Positions 9,917 to 19,992 of a DNA stretch of 64,000 nucleotides are shown here, one piece after another. Origin of the DNA: Candidatus Daviesbacteria bacterium GW2011_GWA1_41_61 (GTDB lineage: Bacteria > Patescibacteriota > Microgenomatia > Daviesbacterales > UBA10151); contig LCBT01000002.1 of NCBI GenBank assembly GCA_000997385.1, forward strand, positions 119,424 to 183,423, in the 5' to 3' direction. Within the stretch, counting starts at the first letter, position 1, and each line of letters begins with the position of its first letter. The notes under the pieces are model-generated. The model had not been told where the DNA came from and ran no database searches. It was given only the letters and a program-made list of their open reading frames with translations. Made by a program: the position numbers and the translations under genes.

Positions 9917-9972
9917 TTGACAAGTGATGGAAGATATTCTTAAAATAGCAAACGAATCAAGTCACTGCTAAA
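9917..9972 (+). promoter_or_regulatory. groES promoter (TTGACA-N17/18-TTAAAAT) followed by a CIRCE-type inverted repeat TAGCA-N15-TGCTA
   Basis: TTGACA is at 9917-9922 and TTAAAAT at 9940-9946. TAGCA at 9946-9950 and TGCTA at 9966-9970 are spaced exactly as in canonical CIRCE (TTAGCACTC-N9-GAGTGCTAA), but the inner CTC/GAG arms are degenerate. Confidence 0.5.
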
Positions 9973-9986
9973 GAAAAGTAGATTTT

Positions 9987-10316
9987 ATGGGCAGAAAACC
10001 AAAAATACAAATCAACAATCCTGCCAAAGTTGCTGTTAAACCATTGGCAGGTTATGTTTTAGTAGAGCCTGCCCAGGTTCAAAGTACCACTGTCTCAGGA
10101 ATAATCTTGCCAGAATCTGCTCAAGAAAAACCGGCCATGGGAGTAGTGCTCTCAGTTGGTGCTGATCTGGTTTTGGAAAATGGCAAGACTCTTAGATCCC
10201 CGGTGAAGCCCGGGGACAAGGTTTTTTATAAAAAATGGGGCGGAGATGAAATCAAGGTTGACGGGAAAGAGTTAAAACTGGTTAAATTTGATGACCTGAT
10301 GGCAACAGTAGAATAA
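9987..10316 (+). CDS. groES: Co-chaperonin GroES
   Basis: It contains GIILPESAQEKPAMGVVLSVG and KPGDKVFYKKWGG, the mobile-loop and core motifs of Hsp10. Confidence 0.85.
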   Translation: MGRKPKIQINNPAKVAVKPLAGYVLVEPAQVQSTTVSGIILPESAQEKPAMGVVLSVGADLVLENGKTLRSPVKPGDKVFYKKWGGDEIKVDGKELKLVKFDDLMATVE

Positions 10317-10326
10317 GGAAAAAAAG

Positions 10327-10689
10327 ATGACAGAAAGAATAATTACAGAAGCAGAGAGGGCAGTAGCAGAGTTACTGTTTGAAACCACTTTATTACTGCT
10401 TTCAGACAAACGCGATGCTATTGTGGAAAGATTAGGTTCCGATAGCAAGAAGTTGAAGGGAGGGCAAAGATTGATTTTGGCAAAACGGGTGAGAATATTA
10501 GATAGAGAGTGTGATCAATTTCTTTTTATGCTCGGTGAAACAAGGAAAGAAGGGAATGACTTTGCTAGAAGATTTGAAAGTATAGCAAAGGCTGAGGAAA
10601 TTAGAGAACAGGCCTTACTTTATATTCTTCAACCAAGTCAAGTCAAGGAAAATACAGCTGCAGAGCAAGTAGCAGGAGTTCAAACCTAA
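10327..10689 (+). CDS. Hypothetical small protein inserted between groES and groEL
   Basis: It has a good RBS (AAGGAAAAAAAG ATG) and a non-repetitive composition, with no recognisable domain. Confidence 0.4.
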   Translation: MTERIITEAERAVAELLFETTLLLLSDKRDAIVERLGSDSKKLKGGQRLILAKRVRILDRECDQFLFMLGETRKEGNDFARRFESIAKAEEIREQALLYILQPSQVKENTAAEQVAGVQT

Positions 10690-10699
10690 AGGAGAAAAG

Positions 10700-10975
10700 A
10701 TGACAGAAAATCTAGAAGGTGACATTTTAAAACAAATAGCAGTAGTAGGGAGTGCAGCTTCTATGGAGTTGAAAGAAGAGCAGGATGAGGTATATGAAGA
10801 GCTACGTAGGAATTTACGCATACAGTACTTGAGGGGTGTTATAGATACTACTGCTTACTTGTTAAAGTGTAGGGAAGGGGATGTGGCAATGATAGAAACG
10901 ATAGTCGGAAGGGGAAGATATCGGTATCGACGATCCAGAGAAATTGTTGATAGATATCCAGCTTTAGGAGAGTAA
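10700..10975 (+). CDS. Hypothetical small protein inserted between groES and groEL
   Basis: It has a good RBS (AAAGGAGAAAAG ATG) and sits in tight tandem with the previous ORF and with groEL. Confidence 0.4.
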   Translation: MTENLEGDILKQIAVVGSAASMELKEEQDEVYEELRRNLRIQYLRGVIDTTAYLLKCREGDVAMIETIVGRGRYRYRRSREIVDRYPALGE

Positions 10976-10980
10976 TAAAA

Positions 10981-12621
10981 ATGGCTAAAATACTTAAATT
11001 TGATTCATCTGCACGGGAAGCCTTACTTAAAGGTATTAATACCTTGACTGAGGCTGTGGCTTCTACTTTGGGTCCCAAGGGAAGAAATGTGGCTATTGAT
11101 AAAAAGTGGGGAGCTCCCAGTGTGGTCCATGACGGGGTAACTGTAGCTAAAGAAATTGATCTGGAAGATCCTTTTGAGAATATGGGAGCCCAGCTGATTA
11201 AAGAGGCAGCTTCTAAAACCAATGATGTGGCAGGAGACGGGACTACCACCGCTACTATTTTAACCCAAGCTATTGTTTCGGAAGGCTTAAAAAATATCCA
11301 AGCTGGAGCTAACCCCATGATCCTAAGACATGGTATTGAAAAAGCTGTGGCTGTCTTAGTAGAGGAATTAAAGAAGATGAGTAAAAAGCTGACTACTCCA
11401 GAAGAATATACCCAAGTGGCCACTATCTCTGCTCAAAATGAAGAGATTGGCAAGATCATCTCTGAGGCTATCTCTAAAGTGGGTAAGGATGGAGTGATCA
11501 CTGTGGAGGAAGGGAAAACTTTGGAGATGAATGTGGAGTATAAAGAAGGAATGGAGTTTGATAAAGGTTATGCTTCCCCTTATTTTGTCACCGATACCGA
11601 TAAGATGGAGGCTACTATTGAAGATGCTTATATTTTGATTACTGACAAGAAGATCTCCAATATGCAGGAGCTCCTTCCCTTCCTGGAGAAATTCATCCAA
11701 GTTTCCAAAAATTTGGTAATTATTGCTGATGAAATAGAAGGGGAAGCTTTAACGACTTTGGTAGTCAATAAACTGCGAGGCATCTTTAATGTCTTAGCTG
11801 TTTCTGCTCCAGGATTTGGGGACCGAAGAAAAGCCCAGCTTTTAGACATTGCTATTTTAACCGGCGGGACAGTGATCTCCGAAGAAACCGGGAGGAAGTT
11901 TGAATCAGTTGAGGTGGAAGACTTAGGCAGGGCGGGGAGGGTGACTTCCACTAAAGATACGACCTTAATTGTGGATGGTAAGGGCAGTAAAGCTGGAATT
12001 GATTCCAGAATTTCCCAGATTAGACGTGAGCTAACAGCTACTGATTCCGAGTTTGATAAAGAAAAACTTCAGGAAAGGTTAGCCAAGTTAACCGGCGGGG
12101 TAGCAGTAATTAACGTTGGGGCAGCTACAGAAGTGGAGATGAAGGAGAAAAAGGAGAGGGTGATAGATGCTGTGGCAGCCACTAAAGCGGCGATTGAGGA
12201 AGGGATTGTCCCAGGAGGAGAGATAGCTTTAGTAAAAGCAGCAAGGTTGGCCCTTGATAACTTGAAGTTGGAAGACGAACAGCAGTTGGGGGTAAAGATT
12301 ATACAGAAAGCTTCTGAGGAACCACTAAGAAGGCTTGCAGTAAATGCTGGTCAAGATGGGGGTTGGGTGGTAAGAACAATTACAGACCAGTTTGAGGCTA
12401 AAGGAAGAAAGGATATGAACTTCGGATACAATGTTTTATTAAATGAGTTTGGTGACATGGTGGCCTGGGGTATAATTGATCCAGTTAAAGTAACCAGGTC
12501 AGCTTTACAAAATGGAGCTTCGGTAGCCATTATGGTCATGACAACTCAAGTGTTAATTACAGATAAGGTAGAACCCACCCCTCCTCCTCCGATGCCCCAC
12601 GGCGGCATGGGAGAATACTAA
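10981..12621 (+). CDS. groEL: Chaperonin GroEL (Hsp60)
   Basis: Full-length Cpn60 with [12 protein letters not shown]-like and [10 protein letters not shown] motifs and a C-terminal GGM tail. Confidence 0.95.
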   Translation: MAKILKFDSSAREALLKGINTLTEAVASTLGPKGRNVAIDKKWGAPSVVHDGVTVAKEIDLEDPFENMGAQLIKEAASKTNDVAGDGTTTATILTQAIVSEGLKNIQAGANPMILRHGIEKAVAVLVEELKKMSKKLTTPEEYTQVATISAQNEEIGKIISEAISKVGKDGVITVEEGKTLEMNVEYKEGMEFDKGYASPYFVTDTDKMEATIEDAYILITDKKISNMQELLPFLEKFIQVSKNLVIIADEIEGEALTTLVVNKLRGIFNVLAVSAPGFGDRRKAQLLDIAILTGGTVISEETGRKFESVEVEDLGRAGRVTSTKDTTLIVDGKGSKAGIDSRISQIRRELTATDSEFDKEKLQERLAKLTGGVAVINVGAATEVEMKEKKERVIDAVAATKAAIEEGIVPGGEIALVKAARLALDNLKLEDEQQLGVKIIQKASEEPLRRLAVNAGQDGGWVVRTITDQFEAKGRKDMNFGYNVLLNEFGDMVAWGIIDPVKVTRSALQNGASVAIMVMTTQVLITDKVEPTPPPPMPHGGMGEY

Positions 12622-12664
12622 AAATTAGGTAAAAAGGATATACAGAATGTAGTATCATTTATTT

Positions 12665-13258
12665 ATGGGGAAACTGCATTACCGGGAGGCTCCTTCGGAA
12701 AAAGAGAAAAAATCTTTTGCTAAATTCTTGGCAGAAGATGAAGAGCTAGTATTGGCTACCGGTTTAGGCAAAGCATACCTGCGATCTCAATTTATTATTG
12801 CCATAGCTTTACCGGGAATAATCTTTATCCTAGCCGGTTTAGGATTTGCTTATCTTTTGAAGCTGGAACTGGTTTGGGGATTAGTTCTGGGCTTGTTGGG
12901 AGACTGCTCTTTAGCTACTTTAAAAACTTTGCACCTTTACCATGCCAACCGTTATATCTTAACTACCAGACGGGTTTTGGTAAAAAAGGGTGTTTTTACA
13001 GTCCAACTTCATTCAGCTTTGTATGATAAGATCACCCATATTGAAGTGGACCAGCCGTTTTTTGACAAGATCTTAATGCACTATGGAACAATTGTTATCG
13101 ACACTGCCGGGATGAATAAAGTAGAGATTATTTTAAAGTATATAGATTACCCCATTGAATTTAAAAATCTACTGGAAAGGTTAATTAATAGGGAAAGGGA
13201 ACAATATGGTTACCGCGGTGGACCTATTGTGACAGTAGAAGGCGAGGTAGTGGATTAA
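12665..13258 (+). CDS. Membrane protein with a bacterial PH (bPH_2/YdbT-like) domain
   Basis: Two TM helices precede the segment RRVLVKKGVFTVQLHSALYDKITHIEVDQPFFDKILMHYGTIVID, which is typical of bPH_2. Confidence 0.4.
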   Translation: MGKLHYREAPSEKEKKSFAKFLAEDEELVLATGLGKAYLRSQFIIAIALPGIIFILAGLGFAYLLKLELVWGLVLGLLGDCSLATLKTLHLYHANRYILTTRRVLVKKGVFTVQLHSALYDKITHIEVDQPFFDKILMHYGTIVIDTAGMNKVEIILKYIDYPIEFKNLLERLINREREQYGYRGGPIVTVEGEVVD

Positions 13259-14045
13259 CTGCTGATGCTTCTTTGGTGTTAAATCCCAACTGAGTCATTC
13301 CTACCAAGGGAAGCTTGGGGCTGGAAGTGGGTGAAAGTGCTACTTTACCAGATTTAGATCTTTGAATTTCTGTTTTAGAGATGGGAAAAGGCTGACTTTT
13401 TCCTTGAGGGGCATCTCCGGCAGTTTTAGGCCAATTCGGGACAGCGGGGAGCAAAGTTAAAGGATCAGTAGACCGGCCGTTTTGGCTAATTTCCAAGTGA
13501 GTGTGGGGACCGCTGGTATTTCCAGTCATGCCTACTTCCCCCAAAGTAGAAGAGGTTAAGACTAAATCATTATTTTTGACAAAGATTCTTCCCATATGCC
13601 CATAGGTAGTTTTATACTCTTGCTCGTGTTCTACCACTACATAGTGGCCCAGCCCCCAGTAGCTGTAAACGACCTCCACTACCTTCCCATTATTTACTGG
13701 ATGAATAGGCATGCCGTAGCCAGTGGCAATATCCACTCCGGGGTGCCAGGAAGAGAACCGCTGGGTTAAGTATCCAGGATGGGGTAGTTGAAAGGGTTGA
13801 GATAAACTGTCAGAGCTGATATCTTGCTGTTGAGAAAATTCCGCCAAAACTACAGCCTTTTTAATAGGTGGAATAGCTAAAACTGGTTGGTACCCTGCCA
13901 TGTACAGCAGTACAACCATCCCCAAGGTGAGTTTTGTGAACTTGGAGAAGGCAGAGATTTGAATATTGATTTTAACTGGCTTCTTTAGGGCATTGCCAGC
14001 CCTTGTCTTTTTGGACCAGGGATTGTGATGTCCTGATGACCACAT
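13224..14045 (-). CDS. M23-family metallopeptidase (LytM-like)
   Basis: It has the HPGVDIA and HTHLEISQNG zinc-ligand motifs. Confidence 0.8.
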   Translation of the reverse strand: MWSSGHHNPWSKKTRAGNALKKPVKINIQISAFSKFTKLTLGMVVLLYMAGYQPVLAIPPIKKAVVLAEFSQQQDISSDSLSQPFQLPHPGYLTQRFSSWHPGVDIATGYGMPIHPVNNGKVVEVVYSYWGLGHYVVVEHEQEYKTTYGHMGRIFVKNNDLVLTSSTLGEVGMTGNTSGPHTHLEISQNGRSTDPLTLLPAVPNWPKTAGDAPQGKSQPFPISKTEIQRSKSGKVALSPTSSPKLPLVGMTQLGFNTKEASAVNPLPRLLLSQ

Positions 14046-14122
14046 AAAACCCGCCTATTGGGCGGGACAAGTGTCAAGTATAGCAGAGTTAAAACAAGAA
14101 AGCAAATTTAGTATAATAAATT

Positions 14123-14926
14123 TTGCCCATGAAAAAAGCCGTTGTTGTTACTTTGGTTATTTTGAGTCTGAGTTTAATTGGCCTGCGTTTGGCTTCTCAA
14201 CCTCTGCTTTCTGCCTTAGGTTACCAACAAAAAGCTGGGATCAGAGTAACCTCTGTTCCTTCCTCCACAGTCTTTTTAAATGGGGCTGAGGTAGGGCAAA
14301 CTTTATACCTTAATGAGGCTTTAAAGGCTGGAACATATCAGGTTCAACTTCAGGCAGAGAAGGGGTCTTGGCAGGGGATAGTGGAACTTACAGAAGGGAA
14401 AGTTACTTTAATCAACAGAGAGTTAGAGGAGACAGCAGCTTCTTCTTCAGGGGAGGTCTTAGTTTTAAATGAAGGCCAAGGGGTAGTCATTATTTCCAAT
14501 CCTTCCGGGACGCAGGTGGAGATTGATGGGCAGTTGTCTGGTAAAACTCCCTTATCAGTTTATGAGCTAGCTGCGGGAGACCATACCTTTTTGTTAAGCC
14601 ATGAGGGTTTCCTAAAAAGAAGCATTAGGGCCAAACTACCGGAAGAGATGTCCCTGCACTTAAACGTGGACCTGGCTTTATCGGAGCTGGATTTAGGCAC
14701 CTTTAAAGCCCCTACCGTAACTTCTTCTGCTACTCTCATAGTTAAAGAGACTCCCTTAGGTTTTTTAAGGGTTAGGGATAAGCCTTCCATCTCCGGCAAA
14801 GAGATGACTCAGGTAAAACCAGGGGATAGTCTAATAATGTTAGAAGAGCAGTCTTTTTGGTATAAAGTCAGACTGGCTGATGGTAGTGAAGGTTATGTTT
14901 CATCAAGTTATGTGGAAAAACGGTAA
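14123..14926 (+). CDS. PEGA-domain protein with a C-terminal SH3b domain
   Basis: It has a signal/TM start, repeated PEGA-like segments (VTSVPSSTVFLNGAEVG, VVIISNPSGTQVEIDG) and a C-terminal SH3_3-like WYKVRLADGSEGYVSSSYV. Confidence 0.5.
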   Translation: MPMKKAVVVTLVILSLSLIGLRLASQPLLSALGYQQKAGIRVTSVPSSTVFLNGAEVGQTLYLNEALKAGTYQVQLQAEKGSWQGIVELTEGKVTLINRELEETAASSSGEVLVLNEGQGVVIISNPSGTQVEIDGQLSGKTPLSVYELAAGDHTFLLSHEGFLKRSIRAKLPEEMSLHLNVDLALSELDLGTFKAPTVTSSATLIVKETPLGFLRVRDKPSISGKEMTQVKPGDSLIMLEEQSFWYKVRLADGSEGYVSSSYVEKR

Positions 14927-14929
14927 AAT

Positions 14930-15882
14930 TTATCCTCCCAGGTAGTAGTTAATAAAGATGACCATCACCAGCCACAAAACTACCGAGGCTAAAAGAGGAG
15001 TATCGGTGAGCAATACCTTCTCCGGAGATTCCCCCTCCCTTTTTTCATAAATAGCATAAAGGTATCTCATTACCCCATAGATTACCACCGGCACTGTCAT
15101 CATCATATATTTGGCTTCCCCTAACTCTGTAAAAGGTAGCCCAAAGGAAAGAGAACTATCACCCAAAAACTCTAAGACATTTGGGTTGATAGAGATTAAG
15201 GGTTGTTGAAAAGCAAAGAGAGCATAAGTTAGCCAGGCTGAGGTGGCAAACATAGTGGTTAGAGTGTCCAGTAAAGCCGGGGGATAATGAAGCAGTGTCT
15301 CCCGGTGTTGTTCAGCCCCCTTTTCCATCAAAGTCCGCTCAGACCGTCTTTTTCCAATAGCTAAAAAGAGGGCAAAGGAGATGACGGAAAGTAAAAACCA
15401 AACACTTAGGTGGGCATCAACGGCCCAAATACCGGCGTAAACCCGCAGGATAAAGCCAGTGGCGATGACAATGACATCCAGTAAAATAATCGATTTAAGG
15501 TAGGCAGAATAAAGGAGCTGTAACATTAGATAGGCTACGGCGGCATAAAAAAAAGGCGGCGAGAGGTGATAGGCAAAAGGTAAAAGAGTGATAATTAAAG
15601 CTAGGGCGAAAACCGTAGCCAGCGGAGCTGGAAAGATCCCTGAGGCAATGGGGCGCAATTTTTTAAAAGGGTGTTTTTGATCTCTTTTAATGTCAAAAAC
15701 ATCATTTAAAAAATAAGTGGCAGCGGTCAGTCCAGAGAAGATGATAAAAGCCTGGCTAATCAGCCAAAATGATTGAGGGTTGTTTAACTGGCCGGAAAAA
15801 ACCAACCCGGCAAAGAGGGCAAAATTTTTTATCCATTGTTTGGGCCGTGCGGCTTTGATAACCCCCCAAGCGAGTTTAACCA
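14930..15882 (-). CDS. UbiA-family prenyltransferase (decaprenyl-phosphate phosphoribosyltransferase-like)
   Basis: The N-terminal RPKQWIKNFALFAG motif and polytopic membrane profile fit the family. The listed ORF (to 16018) starts at a non-ATG codon upstream. The likely start is the internal ATG (MVKLAW...) near 15882, which still overlaps the upstream gene by about 50 nt. Confidence 0.55.
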
Positions 15883-16947
15883 TATGATAAAGCCTAAAAA
15901 GATGGCAGCTACACTGATAATAACAAAAAATTTGCTCTCGGTGCTTACTAATAAGGCTACCATGCCAAACATAGCAGATCCAAATATATAAAACAAGCTG
16001 ATTTTCTGATGGGACCACCCCAGATCCAGTAACCGATGATGAAGATGTCCCCGGTCATTCCACACCGGAGAGCGCCCGGAAAGAATTCGCCGGAAAAAGG
16101 TATAAACAAAGTCAGCCATGGGAACAGCCAGGACTAAGATAGCAGTGGCTACTTTGGCAGTAGAGAGGATAGAAAGAGTCGCCAGCATAAAGGCTAAGAT
16201 GGTAGAGCCGGAAAAAGCGGGCATAATTTTAGAAGGATACCAATTAAAGATCAAAAATCCGGCTGAAGTTCCAGCTACTAAAAAGGCTAGTTTGGCATTA
16301 TTAAGCTGACTGCTATCCCCTTGAAAGTAAAACTTTAAAGAGATCAGACCTAAAACTAGGGCGGCCACTAAAGTAATCCCCGGCATTTGCCCATCCACGC
16401 CTTTGGACCAGTTGATTACTTGGGTTAAGGTAACGATCCACAATATAGCAAAGATATCGGCCAGGAGAATAATCTGGTGAGGACCAAGCATTTCAAAAGA
16501 CAGAACAATCTGGTCCAGTCTTAAAAGAGAATCGTTGAAAGGTGGCGGCAGAAAGGGGAGTCCCAAAAAGGGGTTGTTGATAAAAGGCACGCCGATCCCG
16601 GAGCCCACGGCGATGAGGGCAGCCAAAAAAAGCAAGGTCAACCGTTTGTAAGGATTAAATTCTTTTAATTTATCATCTAAAAGGCCCATGATTAAAAGAA
16701 GGGTGATGCCGGCTAAAATTCCTACCAGTTTTTGGTCTAGAGGCAGAAAGATTAAACTGGTGGCAAGGATGGCTATATAGATAGCCATCCCTCCGGCCCG
16801 GGGAATAACTCTTCGTTGAACGTGGGCGGGATGGGGGCGGGTGCTGGGGTCATCTACCAAGCCATATTTTTTGGCTAGTTTAATAACTATAGGAGTGGAC
16901 AGGATGGTAACTATAAAAGAGGTGATGGTTGGTAAAATTAAATCCAT
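15829..16947 (-). CDS. Polyprenyl-phosphate N-acetylhexosamine-1-phosphate transferase (GT4 MraY/WecA family)
   Basis: The GLLDD motif and a polytopic membrane protein of about 370 aa fit MraY/WecA. Confidence 0.7.
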   Translation of the reverse strand: MDLILPTITSFIVTILSTPIVIKLAKKYGLVDDPSTRPHPAHVQRRVIPRAGGMAIYIAILATSLIFLPLDQKLVGILAGITLLLIMGLLDDKLKEFNPYKRLTLLFLAALIAVGSGIGVPFINNPFLGLPFLPPPFNDSLLRLDQIVLSFEMLGPHQIILLADIFAILWIVTLTQVINWSKGVDGQMPGITLVAALVLGLISLKFYFQGDSSQLNNAKLAFLVAGTSAGFLIFNWYPSKIMPAFSGSTILAFMLATLSILSTAKVATAILVLAVPMADFVYTFFRRILSGRSPVWNDRGHLHHRLLDLGWSHQKISLFYIFGSAMFGMVALLVSTESKFFVIISVAAIFLGFIIWLNSLGGLSKPHGPNNG

Positions 16948-16952
16948 AGTTT

Positions 16953-17312
16953 CTAAACAAAGATAAACATAATTTTAATGGCGGTAATTAAGATAGCTAA
17001 GGCTAAAAAGATGGAGTGGAAGATAATAAGCCTTTTTAGGACTATCTGCAGGGGATGAAGATGGGAAGCAATGAGGATATTGATTAAGGTCAGCAAAGCC
17101 AAGATGGAGGGGAGGATTAAAAATTGTTGCCGAGTTATCAATTGGGTTTGTCCCCAGGATAAGGAATAAAAAAGGGGCAGTTTGGACGGCAGATAGTTGT
17201 AAAGCACTAAATATGTCCCCATTATCAAGATAATAGCTACGGTCGAGGTAAAGATTGCCAGCAGCGCTAGCTGGTCTGCTTGGTTTAAAAAACGTAAAAC
17301 CTTGTTGATCAT
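16953..17312 (-). CDS. Small polytopic membrane protein, hypothetical
   Basis: Three predicted TM helices, translationally coupled to neighbours. Confidence 0.3.
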   Translation of the reverse strand: MINKVLRFLNQADQLALLAIFTSTVAIILIMGTYLVLYNYLPSKLPLFYSLSWGQTQLITRQQFLILPSILALLTLINILIASHLHPLQIVLKRLIIFHSIFLALAILITAIKIMFIFV

Positions 17313-19108
17313 TCTTTTAATCGGGCTTTATTGGTGGTGCGGTATTCCAAATATTTGCCTAACATCAGCCTGGTTTGGGCATCAATGGCCGGGATAGAGG
17401 TGATGGTAACTAAGATGATGGGAATTAAAGCCCATTGGATGTAAGACCAGATCCTCTGCAACAGGGACCACTTAGCAGGACGGGGGGGAGCGGTCTTTTC
17501 ATGAACAAAAATAGTCATAAAAAGACCAATAAAGGCTCCGGTTAAGATCCAAGAGGAGATAACCGGCAACTTGTAAGCGACCACTGATTGTGAATAATTG
17601 GGGTTAATTAAAGGTATAAAAAGCCCGGCAAAGGTCACAAATAAAGCCAGCGTTCCCCACTTAAAATAGCTCCAGAGAATAAATAACAGCTTGTCTGTTT
17701 TATCCCAAAAATCCAGTTCTTTGCTGGTAAAATACTTCCTGATGATATAGGGAACATGTTCTACTCCATAGGACCACCTTTTAAGCTGTAGATATTGGTT
17801 TTCAAAAGTTTTTAAAAGGTTGACATCCAAGACTGTATCTGCTGAGATCGGCATATAATGGGGGATAACTTTGTAATCGCCTTTAAAATGATAGTAAGCT
17901 TTCCAGTAAAAACCGGAGTCGTCGTTGACTTTATCCGGGATCCACAGCCCAATATCTAAAAGTGATTTCATATTCATGGAGAGGGAGGAAAAATTAATAT
18001 ATTTATCGCTTCCCACCATCTCTGCCAGTTGCCAGAAAGCTGTGCCGGTTGAGACCAACCTCATTGGAGCGGGACACTGCCAGTAGTTGTTATGGTACAA
18101 AAAGGCTCCGGTAAAAGAACGCTTATAACGAATCTGGGATGGAGTGGAGAGATATTTATGTAAAGCTCCGGCTAAAAATTGGGGATGGATCACAAAGTCG
18201 GCATCTAAAGTTGTTACTAAAACCTGCTCCGGCTTAAGACCTCTTTTGGCAAATTCTTTGACGGCGTTGTTTAAAATCCAGTTACGATTAGTGGCAGGGC
18301 CGGGGATTTCTCCCGGCAGACCAAAAGGATGAATAGTCAAAAAAATGCCACCAATTTTTTCTTGATTCTGTTTAACGTACTCCGCTACTTGGGCGTTTTT
18401 TTCCGGGGAGTCTCTTTCTTCTAAGCCGATGCCAAAGAAAATTTTTTGAGATGGATAATGGGAATTGATAATTGCCTCAAAGGCCGGTTTTAAAACTTCC
18501 ATCGGTTCTTTATAGGTATGGATCTCTACAAAGTGATAATAGCTTTTCCACTCTTTAGGGAAATCTGTCTGGAGTTTACTTAGCCAGTTTTGTTTTTTGA
18601 CGTATTCCATTTTTTTATAGCCAATATAGGTCAAAACTGCAATTCTTATTGCAGTGGCCAACCAGTAAATATCAGCCAGCAAGATGAGGTAGGCAATAGC
18701 GAAGGGCAGGGTAAAGGAAAGCCAGATGGGAGAGGTTAAAGCCAGCCACATTAAAGCCCCAGGGAGGATCTCTAAAAACCTTTCTACTTGATGGTCATGT
18801 TTTTGAATAAACCGTTGTTCCCATTTTTGGGAGATCAGGAAACTTTCGGAAAGCAGATGATAGATCAATATTCCTGTCCCAGAACCTAAAAGACAGGTGG
18901 AAAGCAAGATATCTAAAGGAGTTCCCATCACTGATTTGCCTATAAAAAAAACTGCCACCCCTGCAAGCAGTAAGATAACTCCCAAAAGGCTGATGGTAAA
19001 ACGGACCAGCTGGCTGATCTTTTTAGAACCTTTAACTAATCTGCTTAAGCCAGCAGACAAGAAGAAAAAAAGGATTAAACTGAAAACAAAAATTGCAATA
19101 ATCCGCAT
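17309..19108 (-). CDS. Processive family-2 glycosyltransferase (cellulose/chitin-synthase-like), membrane-embedded
   Basis: A DxD motif (TLDADF) and a QxxRW motif (QLKRW) are flanked by N- and C-terminal TM helices. Confidence 0.55.
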   Translation of the reverse strand: MRIIAIFVFSLILFFFLSAGLSRLVKGSKKISQLVRFTISLLGVILLLAGVAVFFIGKSVMGTPLDILLSTCLLGSGTGILIYHLLSESFLISQKWEQRFIQKHDHQVERFLEILPGALMWLALTSPIWLSFTLPFAIAYLILLADIYWLATAIRIAVLTYIGYKKMEYVKKQNWLSKLQTDFPKEWKSYYHFVEIHTYKEPMEVLKPAFEAIINSHYPSQKIFFGIGLEERDSPEKNAQVAEYVKQNQEKIGGIFLTIHPFGLPGEIPGPATNRNWILNNAVKEFAKRGLKPEQVLVTTLDADFVIHPQFLAGALHKYLSTPSQIRYKRSFTGAFLYHNNYWQCPAPMRLVSTGTAFWQLAEMVGSDKYINFSSLSMNMKSLLDIGLWIPDKVNDDSGFYWKAYYHFKGDYKVIPHYMPISADTVLDVNLLKTFENQYLQLKRWSYGVEHVPYIIRKYFTSKELDFWDKTDKLLFILWSYFKWGTLALFVTFAGLFIPLINPNYSQSVVAYKLPVISSWILTGAFIGLFMTIFVHEKTAPPRPAKWSLLQRIWSYIQWALIPIILVTITSIPAIDAQTRLMLGKYLEYRTTNKARLKE

Positions 19109-19163
19109 AGGCTAGATCTAGATGTAATTACTAAAGTAATTATACTGTAAAATCCTACTTATG

Positions 19164-19991
19164 TCAGTTTGAAGGTAGGGCAAATAGCTGGGTAGCGTTT
19201 TTGAAAACTTGGTGGGAAACTTCTCCCTCGCTCAAGTTTTTTACTTGGGCAATTACTTTTATTACCTCTAAAATATTAGCTGGTTCATTTCGCTGTCCTC
19301 TTTGAGATTGAGGAGGAAGGAAGGGGCAATCTGTTTCGGTTAAGATTTTATCTAAAGGGGTAGTTTTGATAATTTCTCTTAAGGCATCATTTTTAGGGTA
19401 AGTAATTGGACAGGAAAATCCTAGATAATAGCCCAGACTTAAAGCTTTATGAGCATCTTCTGATGATCCTGTAAAGCTATGAAAAACTCCTTGAGTTCCC
19501 TCAAGCTCAGGTAAGAATATATCCTGCCAACAGTCTCTGCAGTGAATAATTAAAGGCAGGCTCAGCTTTTTAGCCAGGTTGATTTGGCCTAAAAATAGCT
19601 CTTTTTGCAGCTTAATCAATGTTTCTTGAGATAGGGTAGAGGGGGTAAAATCTGCCCCGGCAAAATAATAATCTAAACCACATTCACCTAAAGCTACCAC
19701 TTTGTCTGCGTAGTTTTGGTAAATTGTCTCTAATCTATTTATGTTGTCATATATGGATTCATAGTTAGATAATTTAGAAGTTTCATGGGGATGAAGGCCA
19801 ATGGTGGAATAAAAAGAAATTTGACTAGTAGGGCTTTTTAACTGGGCTGCTTTTAAGCTGCTTTCTAAATCAGCCCCAATATTAATGATAGCTTTTAATC
19901 CGGTATCAGCAGCTTTTTGAACTACAGCCTCCAAGTCTGGCTCAAAGGAGTCCCAGGTTAAATGTGCATGAGTATCGATCAACATTAACAT
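19164..19991 (-). CDS. tatD: TatD-family metal-dependent DNase/hydrolase
   Basis: It has the N-terminal IDTHAHL and other TatD His/Asp motifs. Confidence 0.8.
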   Translation of the reverse strand: MLMLIDTHAHLTWDSFEPDLEAVVQKAADTGLKAIINIGADLESSLKAAQLKSPTSQISFYSTIGLHPHETSKLSNYESIYDNINRLETIYQNYADKVVALGECGLDYYFAGADFTPSTLSQETLIKLQKELFLGQINLAKKLSLPLIIHCRDCWQDIFLPELEGTQGVFHSFTGSSEDAHKALSLGYYLGFSCPITYPKNDALREIIKTTPLDKILTETDCPFLPPQSQRGQRNEPANILEVIKVIAQVKNLSEGEVSHQVFKNATQLFALPSN

Positions 19992-19992
19992 A

